Below are positions 16,726-25,787 of a DNA stretch of 26,653 nt, in pieces; positions within the stretch are counted from its first letter, which is position 1, and each line of letters begins with the position of its first letter. This DNA comes from Bdellovibrionales bacterium. GTDB taxonomy: Bacteria > Bdellovibrionota > Bdellovibrionia > Bdellovibrionales > JAMPXM01. The position numbers were made by a program, and so were the translations under genes. The notes beneath the pieces were generated by a model. The model saw only the letters and a program-made list of their open reading frames with translations, searched no databases and was not told the DNA's origin. The stretch is from contig JAYUEN010000521.1 in assembly GCA_043739185.1 (NCBI GenBank), positions 1 through 26,653 of the forward strand, in the 5' to 3' direction.

Positions 16726-17725
16726 AGTAAAACATTTTTTGACCGGCGAAGAACTATCGCAAAAAGAATTATCTGCTCTAATTGATGAAGCAGAATATTT
16801 GCGACTCAATCGTTTGCAAGAAATGCAAACTTCAAAACCTCTCGCCAAACCACTTGATGCCAAAACAATCGCATTGATTTTTGATAAACCCTCGCTCCGA
16901 ACTCGCGTCAGCTTTAGTGTGGGAATATCTGAATTGGGCGGTAGCGTCTTAGAACTACAAGGTGGGCAAAAAAAGAATGAAGATCCCGAAGATGCCATTC
17001 GCGTTCTTCAGGGCATGGTCCACGGAGTAATGATCCGAACTTTTGCGCACGACTATCTTGAGCGTATGATTCCACATGCAAAGATACCAATAATAAATGG
17101 ATTATCAGATACCCATCATCCCTGCCAGGCAATTGCAGACTTACTCACTTTGAAACAGAGGTTTTCAAAATTAAAAGGCTTAAAACTCGCGTACATAGGA
17201 GATGGCAATAATGTTTTACATTCATTGTTACTTCTTGCTCCGTACTTAGGCGTTGATGTTCATTATGCTTGCCCTACCGCTTATCAACCCGACCAAGAAA
17301 TTCTCGGGCGCGCGCATCTACGTGCAAGCTTGGGTGGAGCAAAAATTAAAAAATTTGACACTCCAAAAGAAGCTGTAAAAGGAGTTCATGCATTGTATAC
17401 CGATGTCTGGACAAGTATGGGATTTGAAAAAGAAAATGAAAAGCGTAAGAAACTTTTCAAAGACTATCAAATCAATCTAGAACTTTATAGTTTGGCTAAA
17501 CCCGGAGCGATCATTATGCATTGCCTACCCATGATAAAAGGCCAAGAGATCACTGCTGAAATGGCAGAGCATGAGTATTCGGTTTTATTTCAACAAGCAG
17601 AAAATCGTTTGCATGCGCAAAAAGCATTGCTACTTGGCTTATTTCAAAATTCCCGGCCGGCCCGTAGAAGTTTAAATTCGCAAGCGGAGGTCGAAAGTGG
17701 CACAGCTTCCCACCTCCAATTCTAA
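16712..17725 (+). CDS. argF: Ornithine carbamoyltransferase
   Basis: Motifs KPSLRTR, HPCQ, GDGNN, DVWTSMG, HCLP and QAENRLH. Probable start is ATG 16712 with GAGG upstream. Confidence 0.95.
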   Translation: MLAFKVKHFLTGEELSQKELSALIDEAEYLRLNRLQEMQTSKPLAKPLDAKTIALIFDKPSLRTRVSFSVGISELGGSVLELQGGQKKNEDPEDAIRVLQGMVHGVMIRTFAHDYLERMIPHAKIPIINGLSDTHHPCQAIADLLTLKQRFSKLKGLKLAYIGDGNNVLHSLLLLAPYLGVDVHYACPTAYQPDQEILGRAHLRASLGGAKIKKFDTPKEAVKGVHALYTDVWTSMGFEKENEKRKKLFKDYQINLELYSLAKPGAIIMHCLPMIKGQEITAEMAEHEYSVLFQQAENRLHAQKALLLGLFQNSRPARRSLNSQAEVESGTASHLQF

Positions 17726-18176
17726 AACCAGATTATCCGCGCTGAAAGAACTCTTGGGTCAAGGGGAGGCCTCTACCCAAGAAGAGTTGGCTGACGAATT
17801 GTTCAAACGCCGCTTTGATGTCACTCAAAGTACAATTTCAAGAGATCTCAGAAAAATCGGCGCCGTCAAAGCGATCGATCAATCAGGCCGAACCGTATAC
17901 CGCCTACCGAATGACAGCTTCATTGCAGAATCTCAAGCGGCAAATTATTCAACCGGGCTTCGCGGATTGATGATCGATATTCAGCACAATGGCGCCATGA
18001 TTGTGATTCACACCACACCTGGGTCAGCCAGTTTGCTGGCCAGACATCTCGACCAAACCAAACCCGCCGGCATTCTCGGAACCATCGCTGGCGACGACAC
18101 CATCTTTGTAGCTCCCGCCTCAATGAGGCGAGTCGATGAAACCATTGTTGCAATCGACGAAGGCCTGCCGGATTAA
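17697..18176 (+). CDS. argR: Arginine repressor
   Basis: Motifs TQEEL, VTQSTISRDL, T.PGSA and GTIAGDDTIF. GTG start with SD GGAGG. Confidence 0.97.
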   Translation: MAQLPTSNSKTRLSALKELLGQGEASTQEELADELFKRRFDVTQSTISRDLRKIGAVKAIDQSGRTVYRLPNDSFIAESQAANYSTGLRGLMIDIQHNGAMIVIHTTPGSASLLARHLDQTKPAGILGTIAGDDTIFVAPASMRRVDETIVAIDEGLPD

Positions 18177-18240
18177 ACGCTACCAGACCTTTTTAGCTGC
18201 ACTTTTTAGTTTAGATAATTTAGATAGTTAACTCGCTGAA

Positions 18241-19329
18241 TTACGAAATGTTAGCAGGCACCTTCTCAACCCAACCGAAGCTGTCGGGCTGCTCGCCGTA
18301 TTGAATGGCAGTGATTTCATCATAAAGCTTTGTGGCAATTGGGCCTTTGACTGAATCATTGATTTTCATTTGAAATTTACTTGAAGATAATTCGCCAACT
18401 GGAGAAATAACGGCAGCCGTACCTGTGCCGAAAACTTCTTTTAGTTTACCTGATTGATGGGCCTCGACGACTTCTTTTAAACTTAGTTTTCTCTCACTAA
18501 ACTTTAGATTCATTTTTTTAATTAGAGAAATCGCGCAATCACGGACTCCACCTGGCAATATTGAACCATCAAGGCTTGGCGTAATGATCTCGTCACCGAT
18601 CACAAAAAATACATTCATGGTGCCGACTTCTTCGATGTACTGATGAGTAACATCCAACCAAAGAACTTGTGCATAATCGCGTTTTTTTGCCTCAAGTGCT
18701 GCTTTTAAACTGGCTGCGTAGTTAGCACCTGCTTTGGTGGCGCCAAGTCCGCCTGGGGCCGCACGCAAATAATTTTCTTCAACCCAAATCTTAATGGGAG
18801 CTGAGCCTTCTGCATAATAAGAACCCACTGGAGAGCAAATCACAAAAAATAAATATTCCTCAGCGGGCCTTACTCCTAAGAATGATTCAGTACCTATGAG
18901 AGTTGGTCGAATATAAAGTGAAGCGCCTTTTTCATTTGGAATCCAATCGCGCTCAAGACTGACAAGTTGGCGAATCCCATCTAGCATCAAATCTTTTGGT
19001 GGAGCCTTCATGCATAAGCGATCAGCACCGTCACACAGACGCTTCCAGTTGAATTCGGGACGAAACAAAACGCAATCGCCGCCTGATTGCCGAAAAGCCT
19101 TCATGCCCTCAAAGAGTGCTTGACCGTAATGAAGAGAAGATGCACCAGGTTCAATCGCGAATGGACCATATGGTAAAATCTCAGCGCGATGCCAACCCAT
19201 AGCCTTTGTATAACGGGCGACGAACATATGGTCTGTGAAATACTTGCCAAAGCCCAATTCTTTAACAGCTGGCTTGGATTTAAAGACTTTGGATTTGGTT
19301 ATTTCAATTGCGCGGCTTTGCTCATTCAT
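18241..19329 (-). CDS. ilvE: Branched-chain amino acid aminotransferase
   Basis: Motifs LGFGKYFTDHM, LHYGQALFEGMKA, LYIRP, K.GANYA (PLP Lys), EEVGTMN and FGTGTAAVISP. Confidence 0.97.
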   Translation of the reverse strand: MNEQSRAIEITKSKVFKSKPAVKELGFGKYFTDHMFVARYTKAMGWHRAEILPYGPFAIEPGASSLHYGQALFEGMKAFRQSGGDCVLFRPEFNWKRLCDGADRLCMKAPPKDLMLDGIRQLVSLERDWIPNEKGASLYIRPTLIGTESFLGVRPAEEYLFFVICSPVGSYYAEGSAPIKIWVEENYLRAAPGGLGATKAGANYAASLKAALEAKKRDYAQVLWLDVTHQYIEEVGTMNVFFVIGDEIITPSLDGSILPGGVRDCAISLIKKMNLKFSERKLSLKEVVEAHQSGKLKEVFGTGTAAVISPVGELSSSKFQMKINDSVKGPIATKLYDEITAIQYGEQPDSFGWVEKVPANIS

Positions 19330-19403
19330 GGCGCCGATTCAAGCACAAAATGAGCATAAAGACGAGCCTAAACCCAAGCTTAACTTAAGTTTTAAGGTTT
19401 TTT

Positions 19404-20051
19404 CTAGGAATTACCTAAGCTTTTTTCTAAAATGATTTGAATATCTGCAGATTTGCCGATTTCTGTCCCAATGATTTCAAAAGATTTTTTTAAACTGAAA
19501 ATCAACAATTCCCTTTGTTTTTGATAAAGGCGCGTCTGCACTTTTTTATAGCCATGCTCAATACACCACTTTTCAAAATTAATGTTCAAATCAGAAGCGA
19601 TTCCTAAACTTTTATATTCTGAAACCACTCCTGTAAGTATCGAAAAAAATACTTGAGATGATTGCGCATAACCAACCTGAAAACCCACTAAATTTCTTTC
19701 AATATATGCTTTAAGTAGTAACTTAGCTTTATGATTTTCTAACTCCCTTACTAGCTTCGCAAATTCAAAATCTTTGAATTGCAAATCGATAAGTGATTTT
19801 AGTTCAGCCAATTCAGAATTGGCTGGGTTATCAAAGATACTAATTTCAAGTTGAATTTTTGCGAACCGATCCTGAAGTTTGCCATTTAATTCAATTTGCT
19901 CTTCAAACATTTTACGTGGCCTGACCCACAGCTTTCCGAGATCATTTTTATAGAGAGTTTCATAGAGAACCAGGTCTTCAAGGCTCTCGCTGTGTTTTGC
20001 AACCCCAAGATATTTATAAGGCTTATTTTTATAATGACGAAATAGTTTCAC
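19404..20051 (-). CDS. DUF1653 domain fused to a GNAT-like acetyltransferase domain
   Basis: The N-terminus FRHYK..Y...A.HSE..E..V.Y..LY....WVRP..MF is the DUF1653 pattern. The C-terminus VGFQVGY...GVVSEYKSLGIAS is GNAT motif A-like. Confidence 0.8.
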   Translation of the reverse strand: MKLFRHYKNKPYKYLGVAKHSESLEDLVLYETLYKNDLGKLWVRPRKMFEEQIELNGKLQDRFAKIQLEISIFDNPANSELAELKSLIDLQFKDFEFAKLVRELENHKAKLLLKAYIERNLVGFQVGYAQSSQVFFSILTGVVSEYKSLGIASDLNINFEKWCIEHGYKKVQTRLYQKQRELLIFSLKKSFEIIGTEIGKSADIQIILEKSLGNS

Positions 20052-20064
20052 TCTTGTTCCATCA

Positions 20065-20400
20065 TTACTTTGTGATGTTGAAAACTGTGCCCGCTACAGT
20101 TGAGCCGGTTACTGTCATTAAGGATTTGAGGTCAAGTGACAAAGTGAAAGCAGAAGTGCCAAACAAAACTTTTTGACCATTTACAGAATATGGAAAGCGT
20201 TGAGGCGGATTTCCAAAAAATGTATTTGAGTTATCAGAGGCTACATCAGCTGCAAAGGAAATGCAGTTTTCTCGAGTTCCAGGGGGCTGCCCAAAACCAC
20301 CGTTAGACACAACAGTGCGACAATATTTCTTGCCATCTAAAGCCCCTGCTACGGCCCCTGTCGAGACGCATAAAGCGATAAGTACCAAAAATATTTTCAT
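20065..20400 (-). CDS. Small secreted hypothetical protein
   Basis: Signal peptide MKIFLVLIALCVSTGAVA, SD AGGGGA, and two Cys in the mature part. Confidence 0.8.
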   Translation of the reverse strand: MKIFLVLIALCVSTGAVAGALDGKKYCRTVVSNGGFGQPPGTRENCISFAADVASDNSNTFFGNPPQRFPYSVNGQKVLFGTSAFTLSLDLKSLMTVTGSTVAGTVFNITK

Positions 20401-20481
20401 CCTAATCCCCTTTACAAAAGTTTTGATTTAAGTGACTAAATCGGACCTTATCACTAATTAACAATTGAGAATTCAAATTAG

Positions 20482-20796
20482 TTTATTTATGAAAAACTTA
20501 CTAGATGCGGAGCTCCGCCCCCGCCAGGAACCCCTACTCCTATCTGTCCATCATTAACGAACTTAACTTTTGAGACGTACACCTCAGGCTTGTGTGATCA
20601 ATTTACTGCAGATTGGTCTGTTATTGCCGGGAAGAATCTTCTAAAAATTGAGAAAGTTACACTTGAAAACTGCACTCGACCTGTAAATAAAATTCCAAAG
20701 CTTATACAGATGCAACTAACCCTAGACGGAATTCTACCCAAGGGTGAAATCTTTTTGGCAAATCCTATATTGACTAATATTTATTTTCGCCAATAG
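20482..20796 (+). pseudogene. Probable 5'-truncated or frameshifted gene remnant (104-codon open frame)
   Basis: The frame is open from the TAG at 20479-20481: FIYEKLTRCGAPPPPGTPTPICPSLTNLTFETYTSGLCDQF...IFLANPILTNIYFRQ. There is no in-frame ATG near the 5' end. An out-of-frame ATG at 20489 reads MKNLL... Confidence 0.35.
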
Positions 20797-21140
20797 AGAA
20801 AAACTTTCAATTAAACTTTTTATAATTCGAATGGCTATCTCAGATTGATACGCTTTTGTTAAAATGTTATAATTCATTTAAGATTTTTCACCTTTAAATT
20901 GGTAGTTTGAAAAGTCCCTCGCCTGGTCGCTGGCTTTCGTATAGTCCCTGACAGCTGTCAAATTTAATTACGAAACAACAACGCATAATCAATTGGTATT
21001 ATTCAATTTGATTGCACAGAATCTTAAATTTCTCTATTCAACACCTTAAACGCTGAACCACTATTTATAGGTCGAAATTTGTGAGACAATTATCAAGTAG
21101 ATCTTCTGTAAGCAGACCAGTTGGTAAAGGTTCTTTATAA

Positions 21141-22595
21141 ATGAAGAAGTTAAATTTGCGCTTAGGCTTCGTCTTCTTAATAGGTTCAATATTATTGTTC
21201 AACTTTAATAATTGTTCCCTATCTTCGTGGCAAACTGTAAACGTGGGTAGTCCGAATACTAACAACTCAAGCACAAGTAGTGCTTCGGGCACATCTTCTG
21301 CGAATTCTTCTTCAAGCATTATCCCAATGCCAGCGGGCATGGCGCCAGGTCCAGCATTATTTATTTTAACTGGGCAATCAAACAGCTGGGGAATCGCGCG
21401 TTTTGCGGATCTTGATCAAAGTAATTGGGCCCAATGGTCGCGCTATAATTCAAATGATTTTGCTTCATTTAATTTTGCCAATTTTGAATATTTGTTTTGG
21501 CAGGGTGCCGCACCCTACGCCATTATCAACAGCTGGCTTAAACAAATGGCTCAAAGCTCAAGGAGATCTGCGGAGGAAACATTTTCTGGTCAGCATCAGT
21601 ATTCAGATGGAAATAACTTTGGCGCTGAAATAGGCATTGCAGGTCAAGCCATGAAAGTCGGCTTAAGTCTTTCGCCCGTAATTTTCAAACAAGCCTATCC
21701 CGGAAATTCAATTTCTAATTTTTTATTGAATTATAAACAAGCGGGTCAAAGCTTAAATAATGGGGGCAATTATTTAACTTCGATTTTTTCGAATCTACAA
21801 ACTGCCTATCCTGAGAAAAATTATTCAAGTGTTTTTTTTATTTGGCATCAAGGAGAGTCCGATTCGACCCCAAGCTGGTCCGATGATTACTATTCAAATC
21901 TAACATCACTACTGAGCATCTCAAGTCAAAACTTGGCGGCAAGATATCCATATTCTATACGTTGGAAGATTATTGTTTCGATATCGAATCAAATCCCTCC
22001 GCCTGAAGATTCACTCCCCGCAGAAAATTGGAATCAGGTAAGAAATGCCCAAGATAAAGCGGCAATCAATGCTGCCGATCTTTTTACAGTTATCCTACAT
22101 ACAGACTCACTCCCGCTTGATGCGGACAATGTGCATTTGCCTGCGAATTCTCAATTGGCTTTAGGTGAATGTCTTGTCAATCTTCAGCAAACTTTACTCA
22201 CTCAATTTTCTGCTGGGATAAGCGATCTTACAAAGCGACGCTATATTTGCAAATTGGCCCTTGATTCAAATAATCAGTATTATGGGCAATTGCAATTGAT
22301 GACTCCATTTATAGATTACTCGAACTGGTCAACCTCAACGTCAAATAGCCTTCCGAATGGTCGCGGGACATGGTCATCAATCATCACTGGAGCGCCACCT
22401 AACGCCCAAGTTTTTTACGCAAACATCACGCCTACAGTGACGCCTCAAGCGCCACTAGGAATGACGGATAGTAATGGTCAATTTAAGTGGGGCGGTACAA
22501 TTGGCTGTGCCACTGGTCAGAGTTGTATAAATCAATATCGCATTGCTATTCCTGGCTGGGGCAGCCGAATTTTAGAAGCTGATGCGTCCCCATAG
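21141..22595 (+). CDS. Lipoprotein with a SASA/CE6-like SGNH O-acetylesterase domain
   Basis: Signal ending FNNC, then a Ser-rich linker. Motifs LTGQSN, FGAEIG, WHQGESD and DNVH, followed by an unassigned ~100-aa C-terminal region. Confidence 0.85.
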   Translation: MKKLNLRLGFVFLIGSILLFNFNNCSLSSWQTVNVGSPNTNNSSTSSASGTSSANSSSSIIPMPAGMAPGPALFILTGQSNSWGIARFADLDQSNWAQWSRYNSNDFASFNFANFEYLFWQGAAPYAIINSWLKQMAQSSRRSAEETFSGQHQYSDGNNFGAEIGIAGQAMKVGLSLSPVIFKQAYPGNSISNFLLNYKQAGQSLNNGGNYLTSIFSNLQTAYPEKNYSSVFFIWHQGESDSTPSWSDDYYSNLTSLLSISSQNLAARYPYSIRWKIIVSISNQIPPPEDSLPAENWNQVRNAQDKAAINAADLFTVILHTDSLPLDADNVHLPANSQLALGECLVNLQQTLLTQFSAGISDLTKRRYICKLALDSNNQYYGQLQLMTPFIDYSNWSTSTSNSLPNGRGTWSSIITGAPPNAQVFYANITPTVTPQAPLGMTDSNGQFKWGGTIGCATGQSCINQYRIAIPGWGSRILEADASP

Positions 22596-22636
22596 GAATT
22601 TTTCTGAAATTCAACCCGATTTAACTTTTTTTACTG

Positions 22637-23095
22637 TCAATTGTGTTCATCAGGGGCAAAATCAATATCGATTCCTTTCAAATAACGAGAGCTCGCATAA
22701 AAGGAGAAACGTCCATGAGGCGGATCATAAATATTCGCAGGAACTGAATATGGTACATCTTTTCTCAATATATAATTGACCACTCCAGTTTTATTTAGGG
22801 GCACAGGCAAGCTTGTAGTTTTATCTGTGACAATCCCATCAAAGGCCCAGAGGGGGCCAATATTACTAGGATCTGGATTAAGTACTATATACAAATAATA
22901 CGATGCACTTGGAGGACCAATTCCACCCAGAGTTTCAGGCACAATATCTGCTGGGGGAGGCTGGCTTGCAATATTTTCCTGTGAGCCAAGAACTATACTT
23001 TGTGGTTCATCCAATTTCGGAGTTGTCATTTGGCCACAGTTCTGAAAAGTAGAAGTGAGGAAAGCAAAAATAAGAATTGAAAATAAATACCTCAT
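22637..23095 (-). CDS. Hypothetical lipoprotein
   Basis: Signal MRYLFSILIFAFLTSTFQNCG from ATG 23095 (upstream ATGs at 23119 and 23122 are possible), followed by a Pro-rich linker. Confidence 0.75.
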   Translation of the reverse strand: MRYLFSILIFAFLTSTFQNCGQMTTPKLDEPQSIVLGSQENIASQPPPADIVPETLGGIGPPSASYYLYIVLNPDPSNIGPLWAFDGIVTDKTTSLPVPLNKTGVVNYILRKDVPYSVPANIYDPPHGRFSFYASSRYLKGIDIDFAPDEHN

Positions 23096-23538
23096 TTTTG
23101 ATTTCAACCTTGCAAACATCATCGCAAAATCCTTCTTTAAAGAAAATGCCTATTGCTCTTCAAATGTGCAATGCTTATGCCGAGCTAAGGCATTGAATTT
23201 AATCGATTATTGTATTGAGACTCGGCTTCTATTTCTACCAGGATTATTCTGAATTTTGAGGTTGAAATACGAATTGAAAAATCTCCCGTACAAATGACTA
23301 TCTAGCGAAATCTGTCGAACAATTGTTCGCAATTTGTGAGTTAGACAACAATCACCGTATCAAATTGAAGCAGAGTTCAAGCTTTAAGTAGCAAATTTTA
23401 CTCCTGCTCGAAACCCTAAGCCGACAGCTAAACTCCTCTTAAAATCCATGAAATAAAGCCAGAATAAGCACTCTACTCTTGCTAAAGCGGGGCGCCTCAA
23501 TTAAAAAAGGCGCGGTACACAAATCTGGAGGGATTTTC

Positions 23539-25056
23539 ATGGACGTTTTAATCGTTTTGACGGCACTTGCCGCTGTCGTGGCACTCTACTTCAAATCAAA
23601 TCCAATGAAACATTCAACCAAATTTATGTTCCGCAGATTCCTCAATTGGTTCCCAATGGGAATGACTTATGCATTTTTATATATGGCGAGATACAATTTG
23701 AACGTATCTAAAAACGCTCTCGGCGTTATGATGACCAAAGAAGATTTCGGAATTATCTTTGGCGTCGGCACCACTGTTTATGGCCTTTCATTTCTGCTCA
23801 ACGGCCCCTTGGTTGATAAAATTGGTGGCAAAAAAGGAATCATCATTGCAGCTCTTGGCGCGAGCATTGCCAACGTCGCTCTCGGACTCATGACCTTTAT
23901 GTATGTCAAAGGCCAAATCAAAACCAATATCGTTTTGGTTTACTCACTACTTTATGCAACCAATATGTTTTTTCAAAGTTATGGTGCGGTTTCAATTATT
24001 AAAATTAAAGCCTATTGGTTTCACGTCAGAGAACGCGGCATATTTGGAGCGATCTTTGGGACACTCATCTCAGTAGGGGTCTATTTTGCATTCGATTGGG
24101 GTCAAGCCATTGCCGATGCGGCCACTCTTAAGCCTGAGCATGCACTTAATGGCGCCCAACAACTCATTCGAACTGTATTTGCAATCGATACCGGTACCAC
24201 AAGTGCAGTGTGGCTAGTGTTTTTTATTCCGGCATTTCTTTTGGTACTTTGGGCATTGATTGATATGTGGCTTTTAAAGGATACGCCAGCGGATGCGAAC
24301 TTCGAAGACTTTGATACTCATGATGCCTCCTCAGGCGAAATGGAAAAAGAATTCACTATGGGTCAGCTCTTAACAAAGATTTTCACCAATCCGATATTGC
24401 TAACCGTTGCATTGATTGAATTCACTTCTGGCGTGATTCGTAATGGCGTATTGCAATGGTACTTTATTTTCGCAAAAGAAGTTCCTCAAATTGGGGCAGA
24501 GTTTTTTGCCCACAACTGGGGACTACTACTTTGTTTAAGTGGTATTGTCGGAGGCTTCCTTTCGGGTTGGATTTCAGATCATCTCTTTCAATCTCGTCGG
24601 GGCCCGTCTGCCGGAATCATGAATGGAGTTATGCTCACCTGCGGGATTATGATGGCCATTATGCTGACTAACTCCCCCATTGGCGTAGGTATTTGTGCGG
24701 TCGTAATTTCAATGGCAGTGATTGGCGTACATTCAATTATGTCAGGTACTGCCGCTGCAGACTTTGGCGGACGAAAGGCAACGGCAACGGCTTCTGGTAT
24801 CACCGATGGCTTTGTTTATCTTGGCAGCGGACTTCAGTCGGTTTGTCTAGGATATTTAACCACCAAAGATTGGCATTATTGGCCAGTGTTTTTAATTCCG
24901 TTCACGGTTATAGGCCTTATACTCGCAATCAAAATTTGGAAGGCAATCCCCGAGGCCACGAAAGAATATTTACTCAAGGTTGAGAAAATCAAAATTGAAA
25001 ATCGTACCTCAGCCATGTCGTCTAAAATAAATTTGCACACCCATGTGAATTCTTAA
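23539..25056 (+). CDS. MFS transporter, organophosphate:Pi antiporter (GlpT/UhpC)-like
   Basis: SD GGAGG before ATG 23539 and about 12-13 hydrophobic segments. Motifs Y..LY..R.N, NGPLVDKIGGK, WFHVRERG, GWISD..F.SRRGP and TASG.TDGF.YLG. Confidence 0.88.
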   Translation: MDVLIVLTALAAVVALYFKSNPMKHSTKFMFRRFLNWFPMGMTYAFLYMARYNLNVSKNALGVMMTKEDFGIIFGVGTTVYGLSFLLNGPLVDKIGGKKGIIIAALGASIANVALGLMTFMYVKGQIKTNIVLVYSLLYATNMFFQSYGAVSIIKIKAYWFHVRERGIFGAIFGTLISVGVYFAFDWGQAIADAATLKPEHALNGAQQLIRTVFAIDTGTTSAVWLVFFIPAFLLVLWALIDMWLLKDTPADANFEDFDTHDASSGEMEKEFTMGQLLTKIFTNPILLTVALIEFTSGVIRNGVLQWYFIFAKEVPQIGAEFFAHNWGLLLCLSGIVGGFLSGWISDHLFQSRRGPSAGIMNGVMLTCGIMMAIMLTNSPIGVGICAVVISMAVIGVHSIMSGTAAADFGGRKATATASGITDGFVYLGSGLQSVCLGYLTTKDWHYWPVFLIPFTVIGLILAIKIWKAIPEATKEYLLKVEKIKIENRTSAMSSKINLHTHVNS

Positions 25057-25057
25057 G

Positions 25058-25768
25058 ATGATTGATCTTTACTACTGGACAACTCCAAACGCCCACAAAA
25101 TAACCATGTTTCTAGAAGAAACCGCAATGGAATACAAAATTATTCCGGTGCAAATTGCCAGAGGCGAACAATTCAAGCCTGAGTTTCTGAAAATCTCTCC
25201 GAATAATCGAATTCCCGCAATTGTTGATCATAAACCCACACCAAAACCATCCGGCCCCATCTCCCTTTTTGAATCGGGCGCAATTTTACTTTATCTTGCT
25301 GAAAAAGCGCAAAAATTTATGGGCCGGGGACTTCATGAGCGAACCGAAACTCTGCAGTGGCTTTTTTGGCAAATGGCAGGTCTAGGCCCTATGCTCGGAC
25401 AAAATCATCACTTCACGCAGTACGCGCCAGAAAAAATTCCTTACGCCATTGATCGCTATGTGAAAGAAACTTCAAGACTCTATGCTGTTTTAAATAAGCA
25501 GCTAGAGGACCGCGAATTCATAACCGGCGAATACTCAATTGCTGATATGGCTTGCTACCCCTGGATTGTTCCATTTGAAAAACAAGGTCAAAAACTTTCA
25601 GATTTTCGAAATCTAAAAAGATGGTTTGACGTAGTCGCCGCCCGTCCTGCGACTATTCGCGCTTATGAAAAAGGCCGCGCAATTAATACCAGCCCCACAG
25701 TTGATGAAGCCGCAAAGAAATATCTTTTCGGACAAGACGCAAAAACCGTACAAAGCCCTAAGAACTAA
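25058..25768 (+). CDS. yfcG: Glutathione S-transferase family, YfcG-like disulfide-bond oxidoreductase
   Basis: Motifs MIDLYYWTTPN, EQF.PEFL.ISPNNRIPAIVD, FESGAIL.YLAEK, QWLFWQM.GLGPMLGQNHHF and YSIADMA.YPW. Confidence 0.9.
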   Translation: MIDLYYWTTPNAHKITMFLEETAMEYKIIPVQIARGEQFKPEFLKISPNNRIPAIVDHKPTPKPSGPISLFESGAILLYLAEKAQKFMGRGLHERTETLQWLFWQMAGLGPMLGQNHHFTQYAPEKIPYAIDRYVKETSRLYAVLNKQLEDREFITGEYSIADMACYPWIVPFEKQGQKLSDFRNLKRWFDVVAARPATIRAYEKGRAINTSPTVDEAAKKYLFGQDAKTVQSPKN

Positions 25769-25787
25769 TCAGAGCGGAGATTCAGTC

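Noticed and set aside
16712..17725. SLRT motif suggesting an N-acetyl- or N-succinyl-ornithine transcarbamylase
   Set aside because: The DxxxSMG ornithine-binding motif and HCLP are intact, and argJ supplies free ornithine, so it is an ordinary OTCase.
18241..19329. ilvE as a member of the arg operon
   Set aside because: It is on the opposite strand, has no ARG box upstream and is a typical class IV BCAT. Adjacency alone is insufficient.
20507..20518. GCGGAGCTCCGC palindrome as a REP or IS end
   Set aside because: It is a single copy with no loop and no transposase nearby, and it lies within the GC-rich Pro codons of the remnant frame.
2235..24983. Numerous 60-120 aa ORFs nested in or antisense to recognised genes (e.g. 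2235-2606, 4208-4481, 10071-10394, 16654-16998, 24693-24983)
   Set aside because: They fully overlap well-supported genes and have no motifs; these are shadow ORFs.
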